A stretch of 64,000 bases of DNA from an uncultured virus (IMG/VR IMGVR_UViG_3300017991_000054) (Duplodnaviria; Heunggongvirae; Uroviricota; Caudoviricetes). A program made the position numbers and the translations under genes. The stretch lies in the IMG/VR virus record IMGVR_UViG_3300017991_000054; one strand, written 5' to 3'. The notes beneath the pieces were generated by a model that saw only the letters and a list, made by a program, of their open reading frames with translations, was not told the DNA's origin and made no database searches. Each line of letters begins with the position of its first letter. Position 1 is the first letter of the stretch. Shown here in pieces: positions 1 through 7,820 of the stretch.

Positions 1-4
1 TCAT

Positions 5-301
5 ATGTTCATTGGAACACTCAAAAAAGGAATAAAAGTAGACGGTTATATAAGAAACAATTGTTTCCAACCAAGGTCATTATTTGAAAGACATGACGCG
101 TTGGTTTGTGAAATGGAAAGACGTGGTTATAACCACCAAAGTCCAATTACTGAAGAGGAATGTGATGTATGTCATCTTCCAAATGAACAACAATATTGGA
201 AAATAAATAAAGAGCAATCTCTCAGGGATCTCCTTGAGAGATGTCCTGAATGTAGATTGCGAAAGGAGCAATCGGATGACAGTGAAAGGCATATTCACTA
301 A
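5..301 (+). CDS. Pyrimidine-dimer DNA glycosylase/endonuclease V-like protein (probably 5'-truncated by window edge)
   Basis: RHDALVCEMERRGYNH resembles the L..EM..RGY motif of this family; frame open to the window start. Confidence 0.5.
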   Translation: MFIGTLKKGIKVDGYIRNNCFQPRSLFERHDALVCEMERRGYNHQSPITEEECDVCHLPNEQQYWKINKEQSLRDLLERCPECRLRKEQSDDSERHIH

Positions 302-659
302 GAAAGCTGTAACTTGGCTATCTATAATCGGTGGAGGAATTGTAGCAATTACAGCAATTTTTCAACTTGATGAAAGATGGAATGAGGAATCGTGTATTTC
401 TGCTTATGCGCAGGATGTTAAAGCTAATGGAGAAAAAATTGAGGAACTTACAGTCGCTGCTTCTAAAATTAGTAAGCGGCTGGACCAAAAGATTCTAGAA
501 GATCAATCCAATAATCTACAGAATAGAATGTGGAAATTAGAGGATCGATATGGTCAACCAGCTCAAATGACTCCAGAGCAAAGAGAAATTTATAGAAACC
601 TTCAACTCGATAAGAAAAAGGTCGATGATAGAATAAAGGCGTTAAAGAACTCGTCTTAG
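276..659 (+). CDS. Single-TM membrane/coiled-coil protein
   Basis: ORF 234-659; GGAG upstream of ATG 276; hydrophobic WLSIIGGGIVAITAIF then coiled coil. Confidence 0.6.
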   Translation: MTVKGIFTKKAVTWLSIIGGGIVAITAIFQLDERWNEESCISAYAQDVKANGEKIEELTVAASKISKRLDQKILEDQSNNLQNRMWKLEDRYGQPAQMTPEQREIYRNLQLDKKKVDDRIKALKNSS

Positions 660-693
660 AAAATTTCTTAGGTTAAGGTAACATATATCAAAA

Positions 694-782
694 GGGTGTG
701 TAGACCGTTAAGGAAGGCGGCCCGGTCTGTAAAACCGGTGGCTTAAAGTCCCGAGTGGGTTCGATTCCCTCCACACCCACCA
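694..782 (+). tRNA. tRNA-Tyr(GTA)
   Basis: GGGTGTG/CACACCC acceptor, CCGGT-CT-GTA-AA-ACCGG, long variable arm, TTCGATT, CCA. Confidence 0.95.
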
Positions 783-801
783 CTCTCGCTAAGGAGATAA
801 A

Positions 802-1023
802 ATGGACAAAGATAATGTTACAATGGCTCTAGATCGAATGTTTGATGAATGCGGAACTGATGAATCGAAGTGGTTAAAGAAATTAGAGAAAGGCACTGTA
901 AATTTAGATTATTCATTTACAGTCCAAAGTGGTGAAAGTTATAAAGTGAAAGCGAAATGGCAATGTGTCGATGTGCAAGTAGAACTTGTAAGCGTTGATG
1001 GCGAGAATGTTGTCATTCATTGA
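802..1023 (+). CDS. Hypothetical protein
   Basis: AAGGAG RBS, 73 aa ORF. Confidence 0.6.
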   Translation: MDKDNVTMALDRMFDECGTDESKWLKKLEKGTVNLDYSFTVQSGESYKVKAKWQCVDVQVELVSVDGENVVIH

Positions 1024-1033
1024 AGGAGAAAAA

Positions 1034-1324
1034 ATGGGATTAATAGATTCGTTCCAAAAGACAAGCCTTTATAAATGGATTAACAGTCAACTGCATAATC
1101 ATTCAGATGGTATATCAAAGTTTATTGCAATTTTTGTTGTGTGGTTGGTAGCTTTAATTCCATTATATATTGCGTCGTTTTTATACTGGTTTATTTCTCC
1201 TATTCTCATGTGGGAAATTTTAGTTACTATTGGATTACTTCTATTCTTCTTTGGAAGTGTGCAATTCGGAATAGGCGTCTTAGCCTTTTTTCTTACAATA
1301 AAGATTCTTGTAGATGACTTTTAA
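1034..1324 (+). CDS. Membrane protein (2-3 TM)
   Basis: AAGGAG before ATG 1034; long hydrophobic stretches. Confidence 0.6.
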   Translation: MGLIDSFQKTSLYKWINSQLHNHSDGISKFIAIFVVWLVALIPLYIASFLYWFISPILMWEILVTIGLLLFFFGSVQFGIGVLAFFLTIKILVDDF

Positions 1325-1337
1325 ATTGAAAGGGTAA

Positions 1338-1937
1338 ATGATGGTTCTTCAGGAATTATTTGAACGACGAGATGTAGTTTTACGAAATGGTCATTTTAGA
1401 CTCACGACTGGAAGACACTCAGATACTTACGTAAACAAAGATAGAATTTTTTGCGATCCAATTCTATTCAAGACTGTATTATCAAGTATGTTATCTGAAC
1501 TATGTGGAGACTTTTTATTCGACGTAGTTACTGGACCTGCTATTGCTGGAGCTGTGTTGGCCTCACCTCTAGCAGTTATGACAGGGAAAACCTTTGTTTA
1601 TCCTGAAAAAGTCATGAAAGATCCCCTTGCAGGAAATCCCTATGAGTGGGAAGAAATGAAGTTTAGACGAGGATATGACAGAGTTGTTAAAAATAACAAT
1701 ATTCTTATAGTAGAGGATGTAATAACAACAGGAATATCAGTACAAAGAACCATCGATGCTATTGAAAAGAATGGCGGTATGATTTCAGGTGTTGCTTGCA
1801 TTTGGAATCGTAGTGGATGGTCAACTGACTTATGTGAAGTTAAATCTCTGATCCATGAAGAATTGGATTCATGGTGGCCAGAAGAATGTCCTTATTGTAA
1901 AGAGGGCGTAGAACTAATGGATCCAAAAGATGCTTAA
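1338..1937 (+). CDS. pyrE: Orotate phosphoribosyltransferase
   Basis: GHFRLTTGRHSDTYVNK and PRPP-binding ILIVEDVITTGIS motifs. Confidence 0.85.
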   Translation: MMVLQELFERRDVVLRNGHFRLTTGRHSDTYVNKDRIFCDPILFKTVLSSMLSELCGDFLFDVVTGPAIAGAVLASPLAVMTGKTFVYPEKVMKDPLAGNPYEWEEMKFRRGYDRVVKNNNILIVEDVITTGISVQRTIDAIEKNGGMISGVACIWNRSGWSTDLCEVKSLIHEELDSWWPEECPYCKEGVELMDPKDA

Positions 1938-2421
1938 AAAAGTAATTTCAGGTGGACAAACGGGGGCAGACCAAGCTGGTTTACGCGCGGCTAGGAAAGT
2001 CGGCTTAGAAACTGGTGGTTTCGCTCCACACAAATATAAGACCTCTGACGGTCCAAACAGAACATTATTAGCGCACGTCTACGGTCTTGTAGAGTCCGAT
2101 GGGGATTATAAAAAACGGACCTGGCAGAACGTAGAAGCATCACAGGGGACTGTACGGTTATGTGTTAGCTTCGAAACGCCAGGTGAAAAATGTACATACA
2201 ATGCAATTAAGCATTACAAAAAACCTTACTTTGATATAGATTTACTTAACCCTAAGCCAATAGAAGAATGTGTAAAGTGGCTCAGAGATAATCAAATCGA
2301 AGTTCTAAACGTCGCAGGTAACACAGAAGGTACCAAAGGTCATGGTATCGGGATAATGGTATTTAACTATCTTTTAGAAGTATTTGAGAGGATGAAACAT
2401 GACTTTCAAAGAAAAAATTGA
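1930..2421 (+). CDS. Putative molybdenum-carrier-like (SLOG-type) nucleotide-binding protein
   Basis: KVISGGQTGADQAGL, RTWQNV and VLNVAGN motifs. Confidence 0.75.
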   Translation: MLKKVISGGQTGADQAGLRAARKVGLETGGFAPHKYKTSDGPNRTLLAHVYGLVESDGDYKKRTWQNVEASQGTVRLCVSFETPGEKCTYNAIKHYKKPYFDIDLLNPKPIEECVKWLRDNQIEVLNVAGNTEGTKGHGIGIMVFNYLLEVFERMKHDFQRKN

Positions 2422-2549
2422 GTTGTTTATTGGTGGAGTCTTTTTACTCGGACGATTATTGTTTTTTTCGATTATGATTCCACCTTGGATATTTTATGAA
2501 CTTTGTGGTATAGTTACATCACGTTTCACTTCACAAAGCGAGCCGTGAT

Positions 2550-2626
2550 GTGGCTGTAGCTCAACTAGGCAGAGCGCACGGATGTGGCCCGTGTGGTTGA
2601 GGATTCGATTTCCTCCAGCCACCCCA
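2550..2626 (+). tRNA. tRNA-His(GTG)
   Basis: GTGGCTG/CAGCCAC, CACGG-AT-GTG-GC-CCGTG, C73, CCA. Confidence 0.9.
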
Positions 2627-2645
2627 GTAAGAATAGGTATTTAAT

Positions 2646-2722
2646 CGGGTAGTGGCCTAGTCTGGTAAGGCGCGTGTCTTGGGCACACGAGATCGCAGAT
2701 TCGAATTCTGCCTACCCGACCA
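2646..2722 (+). tRNA. tRNA-Pro(TGG)
   Basis: CGGGTAG/CTACCCG, CGTGT-CT-TGG-GC-ACACG, CCA. Confidence 0.95.
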
Positions 2723-2746
2723 TTTTATTAACCTTAGGAGGAACTG

Positions 2747-3148
2747 TTGAAGAAAAAAGGGAAAGATTTAGAAGTTGGTGATATTATCGTAGGTCAAGGT
2801 TTAGTTACAAGAGTCGAGTTTGATCCTGAACCGGGTGGGTTTTGGACAGAAGCTAATTATAGCTACCTGGATGTAAACGACTCTTATTATGGACCTTGTG
2901 GAACCCATATAGATCTTGAAGAAGAATACGAAATACACACAGATCGAGAAAAGATTGTTAAAATCTTAAAAATAATCGACTGTGATATAACGAAGTATAT
3001 AGCGGACATGATGGAAACAAGAAAACAGTTCTCAGAATTACAATGGAAAATTATTCGTAAACTTAACCAAGAACTAAGGAGAAAGAAAAATGAAAAGAAA
3101 GCTTCTCCTAAGTCTGACTCTAGTGGTTCTACTCCTCCTCCCAGCTAG
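2747..3148 (+). CDS. Hypothetical protein
   Basis: AGGAGG RBS, TTG start, 133 aa. Confidence 0.55.
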   Translation: MKKKGKDLEVGDIIVGQGLVTRVEFDPEPGGFWTEANYSYLDVNDSYYGPCGTHIDLEEEYEIHTDREKIVKILKIIDCDITKYIADMMETRKQFSELQWKIIRKLNQELRRKKNEKKASPKSDSSGSTPPPS

Positions 3149-3494
3149 TCTTGATGCATGGGACATAAAGGACTTTAATACAGTAGTCGACTACACGAGT
3201 CAGCAATTAACCCTTGAATGGGATGTATCGAACAACGCAACTTCGTATGAAGTGCGACTACAACATTTTGAACGGGATTCATTTGAATCAACACAAATTG
3301 TGACAGACCCAACAATAACTGTACAACTTCCTAGAACGGGACATTATATTGTCCATATTAGAGCTATAAATGATAACACAGGAGAACAAAGCGCATGGAG
3401 TGAAAGTATAGATCCTTCTAGGTATTCAGGGACTTATGAACCATTCTGGGTTTATGGTCACGTTGAGCCTGTTGGTCCGATTGTAATCCAATAG
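3090..3494 (+). CDS. Secreted fibronectin type III-like protein
   Basis: Signal peptide; TLEWD...SYEV...YIVHIRAIN...SAWS pattern. Confidence 0.7.
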   Translation: MKRKLLLSLTLVVLLLLPASLDAWDIKDFNTVVDYTSQQLTLEWDVSNNATSYEVRLQHFERDSFESTQIVTDPTITVQLPRTGHYIVHIRAINDNTGEQSAWSESIDPSRYSGTYEPFWVYGHVEPVGPIVIQ

Positions 3495-3505
3495 GAGATT
3501 GAAGG

Positions 3506-3862
3506 ATGAAGAAAGCATTGGTAGCATTTATTGTCACATTCATTCTATTTTTCGCTAACTATGCACATGCAGCTTCTGTAACGCTAGCTTGGAATGCTAA
3601 CTCTGAAGATGATTTAGCAGGTTATCGCATTTTTCATGCTGAAGATTCTCAGAATTATGATTATGAAAATCCAAGTTGGGAGGGTACAGAAACTACATGT
3701 ACTATTGACAACCTCGAAAACGGAAAAACTTATAAATTTGTCGCAAGAGCATACGACACAGAAAACAACGAAAGTGCAAACTCAAATGAAGTATCACACT
3801 TCTTTGAAATTGTAGTTACTATTCCTGATGACGTTATGAACATGAGGGTGGTGGTCCCATGA
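3506..3862 (+). CDS. Secreted fibronectin type III domain protein
   Basis: Signal peptide (AHA-A); VTLAWNAN..DLAGYRI...LENGKTYKFVARAYD..NES. Confidence 0.85.
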   Translation: MKKALVAFIVTFILFFANYAHAASVTLAWNANSEDDLAGYRIFHAEDSQNYDYENPSWEGTETTCTIDNLENGKTYKFVARAYDTENNESANSNEVSHFFEIVVTIPDDVMNMRVVVP

Positions 3863-4311
3863 AACCTGTAAAGAAATTAACCATAGATAGGGGAACTCCA
3901 TTAGCTTCTAAAGCTGAGAGTTCTACTGAGCAATCTCCATTCACAAAATGGTTAATTGGAATGGTAACCGTAGGGATTGTTATCTTCGGAATAGCAGTTG
4001 GATTATTCACATTTCAAACAACACCAAGTCAGATACTGACATTTTCTAATTCTGAGTCGCCAGACTTAAAGAACTATCGAGTCTACTATGACGCACCTGG
4101 TAATTTAACTTATCAGTCGCCTCATACAGATGTTGGCAAGAGAAATACAGTGGCGTTAACCGAGCTCAAAATTGGAAAGGAGGGCACATATCAATTAGGA
4201 TTAACAGCACTTGATCAAATGGGAAATGAAAGTAGTATGACATTATTAAAAGGTATTATAGATGTTGAGAAGGGAGACGACGGTCGTCTTCTGTTTACTT
4301 ACCAATCCTAA
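3859..4311 (+). CDS. Membrane-anchored FN3-like protein
   Basis: TM segment followed by SPDLKNYRVYY...YQLGLTALDQMGNES. Confidence 0.7.
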   Translation: MKPVKKLTIDRGTPLASKAESSTEQSPFTKWLIGMVTVGIVIFGIAVGLFTFQTTPSQILTFSNSESPDLKNYRVYYDAPGNLTYQSPHTDVGKRNTVALTELKIGKEGTYQLGLTALDQMGNESSMTLLKGIIDVEKGDDGRLLFTYQS

Positions 4312-4329
4312 GTATAGGAGGATACAGCT

Positions 4330-4638
4330 ATGCCTGTAAAATCGGTAAATTTGAGCTTCCCGCCTTCCGGATCACCTGACGTTGTTGGGTATAAACTCTA
4401 TCTAGAGGAATCCCCGACACCTGTCACTTTCGATTCGGAAAATTGGGACCTTGGTAATAACACGAGCGTTGACCTCAGCACTCTTGCTGGGATGACAACA
4501 AAAGATGGAACATATAACCTTGGCGTAACTGCTGTCGATGATGCTGGTAATGAAAGTAGCTTTACCCTCATCAGCGACGTCGCTTTGGATTTCGAAGCTC
4601 CGGACCCGCCGGGAACGATAACGATAACGAGAGACTAA
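4330..4638 (+). CDS. FN3-like protein
   Basis: SPDVVGYKLY...YNLGVTAVDDAGNES. Confidence 0.75.
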   Translation: MPVKSVNLSFPPSGSPDVVGYKLYLEESPTPVTFDSENWDLGNNTSVDLSTLAGMTTKDGTYNLGVTAVDDAGNESSFTLISDVALDFEAPDPPGTITITRD

Positions 4639-4726
4639 TCTGGCCTTACATAGTTGCCGGAGTCGTAGTTGTTGGAATCGCGATCTGGTATTTTATGGTG
4701 AAATAGTTCGGAACTTAACCTTTTGG

Positions 4727-4762
4727 CGGGCAGGTCGGGGTACTGCTCCGACCTGCTATTTT
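4727..4762 (+). terminator. Rho-independent terminator
   Basis: GCAGGTCGGGG-TACT-GCTCCGACCTGC hairpin then TATTTT. Confidence 0.6.
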
Positions 4763-5044
4763 CACCTCGGAGAAATAGATGAATGCAGATCAAGTAAGAT
4801 GGATACTTGGGAAACTAGAAAGAATCGGTGATAAAATTGAGGAGCAAACAGAAACTCTAAAAGAAGCTGTAGGTTTACTCAAAAAACTTGATAAGAAGGA
4901 AAAGAAAGATGGACATGGAACTAGCTAGGTTATTATCTGGCGCATTGGACAGACTCACAGAGAAGGTTTCAATGCAAGAAGTTTTACTAAGAAAAATAAT
5001 TGAATTATTAGAACAAATTAGAGACAATGCAATCATAAAATTAT

Positions 5045-5118
5045 AGCCTCGTAGCTCAACGGTAGAGCGCACGACTGATAATCGTGACATATGAGTTCGA
5101 TTCTCTTCGAGGCTACCA
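5045..5118 (+). tRNA. tRNA-Ile(GAT)
   Basis: AGCCTCG/CGAGGCT, CACGA-CT-GAT-AA-TCGTG, CCA. Confidence 0.9.
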
Positions 5119-5134
5119 ATATAATCTTTTATCT

Positions 5135-5271
5135 GGCGGGATGGTCAAACACAATACAACCTGACTTACACCCTACCATTCCTTGAGAATGGACGCAGAA
5201 GTTAGTTTAGAGGTAAAGACTCCGGAATATGAATCCGGCCACTGGAGGTTCGAATCCTTCTCCCGCCACCA
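5135..5271 (+). tRNA. tRNA-like gene, anticodon ATG (His-type), with ~60-nt structured insertion near the D-arm
   Basis: GGCGGGA/TCCCGCC-A-CCA, CCGGA-AT-ATG-AA-TCCGG, GGAGG-TTCGAAT-CCTTC; insertion contains ACCCTA-CC...GG-ACGC motif. Confidence 0.75.
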
Positions 5272-5293
5272 CTTTAAAAATAGGAGATTGGAA

Positions 5294-5872
5294 ATGGCAG
5301 AATTAAAAGATCTATGGATTGAGTTTCCGCCATCCAACTCACCCGACGTAGTCGGATATAAACTATACATCGAACCTGGAATTATGGGTGCTACATATGA
5401 CTCACAATCATATGGACTTGGGACAACTACTAATGTTAACGTTATTGATTATGTAGACGATCCTGGTTTTTATAGTCTTGGAATTACAGCGGTCGATGAG
5501 GTCAGCAACGAAAGTGAAATGTCAAGAGTCGTTGTTGAAGTAGAGCTCAAGGAGGCTGGTATGGGTAGAGTTAAAACAGTAACATTAAGTTTTGAACCTT
5601 CTCTTTCACCAGATGTTGTTGGTTATGTTTTGTATATGGAGGAAGCTCCAACTACAGTAACATATGAGTCAGATTCATTTAATTTAGGAGATTCAACTAG
5701 TGTTGTCATTGCAGATATTCCAAACATGGGAACACTAGATGGTCATTACAATTTTGGCATTACAGCTGTAGATGACACAGGCAACGAAAGCGATATGTCA
5801 TTAATCAGTAATGTCAAAATTGATTTGGTTCCACCTTTTGGACCAACAAATCCAAAGATAGATAGAACTTAA
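5294..5872 (+). CDS. Tandem two-domain FN3-like protein
   Basis: AGGAG then ATG 5294; two repeats of SPDVVGY.LY...LGITAVD..(S/G)NES. Confidence 0.75.
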   Translation: MAELKDLWIEFPPSNSPDVVGYKLYIEPGIMGATYDSQSYGLGTTTNVNVIDYVDDPGFYSLGITAVDEVSNESEMSRVVVEVELKEAGMGRVKTVTLSFEPSLSPDVVGYVLYMEEAPTTVTYESDSFNLGDSTSVVIADIPNMGTLDGHYNFGITAVDDTGNESDMSLISNVKIDLVPPFGPTNPKIDRT

Positions 5873-5873
5873 T

Positions 5874-5949
5874 GGGGCAGTCGCTTACGTGGTCATAGCG
5901 CCCGGTTGAAGCCCGGGAGATGTCCGTTCGATTCGGACCTGTCCCACCA
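5874..5949 (+). tRNA. tRNA-Phe(GAA)
   Basis: GGGGCAG/CTGTCCC, CCCGG-TT-GAA-GC-CCGGG, CCA. Confidence 0.9.
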
Positions 5950-5977
5950 TTTTTGAATAGCGAATAGGGGAAGAATT

Positions 5978-6589
5978 ATGTGGTGGCCATTTTTTATTGT
6001 CGGAGGTTTTTGGTTTTGGGGTCTCGCCCTTATTGAAGCGGCGTTACTTGTTTGTCTTGTTGAATTTGAAAAAGGGTGGGCAACATTTTGGTCACTCGCA
6101 ATTTTCGTTGCTCTTATCCATCTCTTCGGAGATGCAAGTATCTTCACGTATATACATCAAAATCCAATGAAGATTATTCTATGGATGATCGCGTATATCG
6201 CGGTTGGATTTGGTTGGTCAGCAATCAAACTTCGTGTATCTCTTTCAAGGTACAGGGATAAGATTGAAGACATGAGAATGCGATGGATAGAAGATGGTCA
6301 TGACAAGAATAATGATGAAGAGTGGAAACAATATCTTAGTGATCGAACTAATACATATGACATTCCTCGCTTCTCAGAGTACAAAGAGAAAATAGTTTTC
6401 TGGTGGGCTTACTGGCCACCATCAATGTTTTGGACATTTTTCAGGGACTTCTTTGAAAGATTCTTTAGAAGTCTCGTGCGAATGGCGAAGAAATTTTATA
6501 TGTGGGTATTTGACGCAACGGTTGGTAAAGTCATTGCGGAAGTACGAGCGGCGAAAGAAATGCCGAAAAAACAATCACGGTATAACTAA
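5978..6589 (+). CDS. Multi-TM membrane protein
   Basis: 203 aa, three N-terminal hydrophobic helices, Trp-rich. Confidence 0.7.
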   Translation: MWWPFFIVGGFWFWGLALIEAALLVCLVEFEKGWATFWSLAIFVALIHLFGDASIFTYIHQNPMKIILWMIAYIAVGFGWSAIKLRVSLSRYRDKIEDMRMRWIEDGHDKNNDEEWKQYLSDRTNTYDIPRFSEYKEKIVFWWAYWPPSMFWTFFRDFFERFFRSLVRMAKKFYMWVFDATVGKVIAEVRAAKEMPKKQSRYN

Positions 6590-6708
6590 CATCAACTTTT
6601 GACACGAACATATTTACCCATAAACTTTTGGGAGGTATAAGATGGTAAGAATCATTCTAGCATTTGGAGGTATGCCACACATGTAAATCCAATTAAGGAG
6701 GAACATGT

Positions 6709-6897
6709 ATGAGTGGCACACAAAGAAAAGGCGGTAAGAAAAACCGCAAGTACGGCAGGGGATTGCGTAAACCTTCTCACATTCGCTACAATGCAGAAGG
6801 GCGCTACGAGAAAAACAAAGCTAGAAAACAAGCAAAACACGCCAAAAGAATGGCGAAAAAAGCAGCTCGCAAAAATGAGCAGAATGAATCCTGCTAG
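6709..6897 (+). CDS. Small highly basic protein
   Basis: AAGGAGG RBS; 62 aa K/R-rich. Confidence 0.6.
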   Translation: MSGTQRKGGKKNRKYGRGLRKPSHIRYNAEGRYEKNKARKQAKHAKRMAKKAARKNEQNESC

Positions 6898-7054
6898 TAG
6901 CGGGCGTTCTAAAGATTGGCGTGACAGGAGTGATAAAGATTGTGTTTGTGGCGGACATAATTGGAAGAATGTTAAAAAGAATCTTCACCATCATTCCACG
7001 AAAAATCGTCTTAACATTCGTAAACAAAGACGATTTGTCCTTAAACAAAAGTAG
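6875..7054 (+). CDS. Small basic protein
   Basis: Internal ATG (MSRMNPASS...) of ORF 6713-7054 overlapping the end of the previous gene. Confidence 0.4.
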   Translation: MSRMNPASSGRSKDWRDRSDKDCVCGGHNWKNVKKNLHHHSTKNRLNIRKQRRFVLKQK

Positions 7055-7154
7055 AGAGGCTAACCGTGAGTAACCGCAAACCCTCCGGTATTAGGCGTCG
7101 GGCGGTGATGGCTAGCTAAGCCTGTGTAAGTCCTGCTCACGGGATTCTTTATGT

Positions 7155-7231
7155 GGGGGTGTAGCTCAACCTGGGAGAGCGCTGGCTTTGCAAGCCAGTT
7201 GTTGGGAGTTCAAATCTCCTCACCTCCACCA
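7155..7231 (+). tRNA. tRNA-Ala(TGC)
   Basis: GGGGGTG/CACCTCC with G3:U70, CTGGC-TT-TGC-AA-GCCAG, CCA. Confidence 0.95.
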
Positions 7232-7248
7232 AATAAATAATTCAAGAT

Positions 7249-7260
7249 CTATATATATTA
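7249..7260 (+). promoter_or_regulatory. Putative phage promoter CTATATATATTA upstream of the ncRNA array
   Basis: Same motif recurs in reverse orientation upstream of minus-strand genes (21159, 25562, 49035, 49815, 51318). Confidence 0.55.
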
Positions 7261-7311
7261 ATATACGACTTAAAGATTTTAGTTAAATCTTCATAGTCAT
7301 CCTTCTTATTA

Positions 7312-7442
7312 TGTCGTGGACGGCAGAGTGTTTTTCGTGTAATTAGCTCAGTTGGTAGAGCACCGGTCTATTAAACCGGGAGTCGTCGGTTCAACCCCGA
7401 TATCACACTCCATAAAAACAATACTCTCACATTACCACGACA
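7312..7442 (+). ncRNA. Y-RNA-like element A: conserved stem enclosing an intact tRNA body (anticodon ATT, Asn-type, 7337-7412)
   Basis: TGTCGTGG-ACGG...ACATTA-CCACGACA; cloverleaf with CCA inside. Confidence 0.7.
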
Positions 7443-7458
7443 AACTAAGAATGATGAA

Positions 7459-7657
7459 TAGGAGGACGAAAAAGTCTTTACAGAATAAAACACTAATGGC
7501 TCTAAGGTAGTGATGTTCCGGTGACGGACTAGCGAGGCGGAGAAAGACTCAAAGATGAGTTAATCTCTGCGTGTCCACTGCTATTAATTCTTATAATTAA
7601 GGATTAATAGTAAGGGCAGCCACACTTTATTTTATAAGACTTTTACATTACCTCCTA
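7459..7657 (+). ncRNA. Y-RNA-like element B: conserved stem with a non-tRNA multi-hairpin payload
   Basis: TAGGAGG-ACGA-AAAAGTCTT...AAGACTTTT-ACATTA-CCTCCTA. Confidence 0.7.
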
Positions 7658-7667
7658 CAACAATTTA

Positions 7668-7812
7668 TTTGGGGACGAGTGAGCCATTACAGAATCGGTC
7701 GCTGTCAACGACAAGGTCGATGGTTCGAATCCATCACCCTCCGCCATTTTCTATGGGGGGTTAGCTCAGTTGGGAGAGCATGTGTTCTACATGACTTACA
7801 CCTTACCCCAAA
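7668..7812 (+). ncRNA. Y-RNA-like element C: circularly permuted tRNA-Asp(GTC)
   Basis: TTTGGGG-ACGA...ACCTTA-CCCCAAA; order is anticodon arm, T arm, ACCCTCC-G-CCA, linker, GGGGGGT, D arm. Confidence 0.8.
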
Positions 7813-7820
7813 CCCTTTTT

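Noticed and set aside
5183..5293. N-terminal extension of the FN3 ORF
   Set aside because: Overlaps the tRNA-like gene; RBS supports a start at 5294
7060..7148. Hammerhead/twister ribozyme call
   Set aside because: Core consensus (CUGAUGA/GAAA or twister pseudoknot pairs) is not fully present; kept only as an unknown structure
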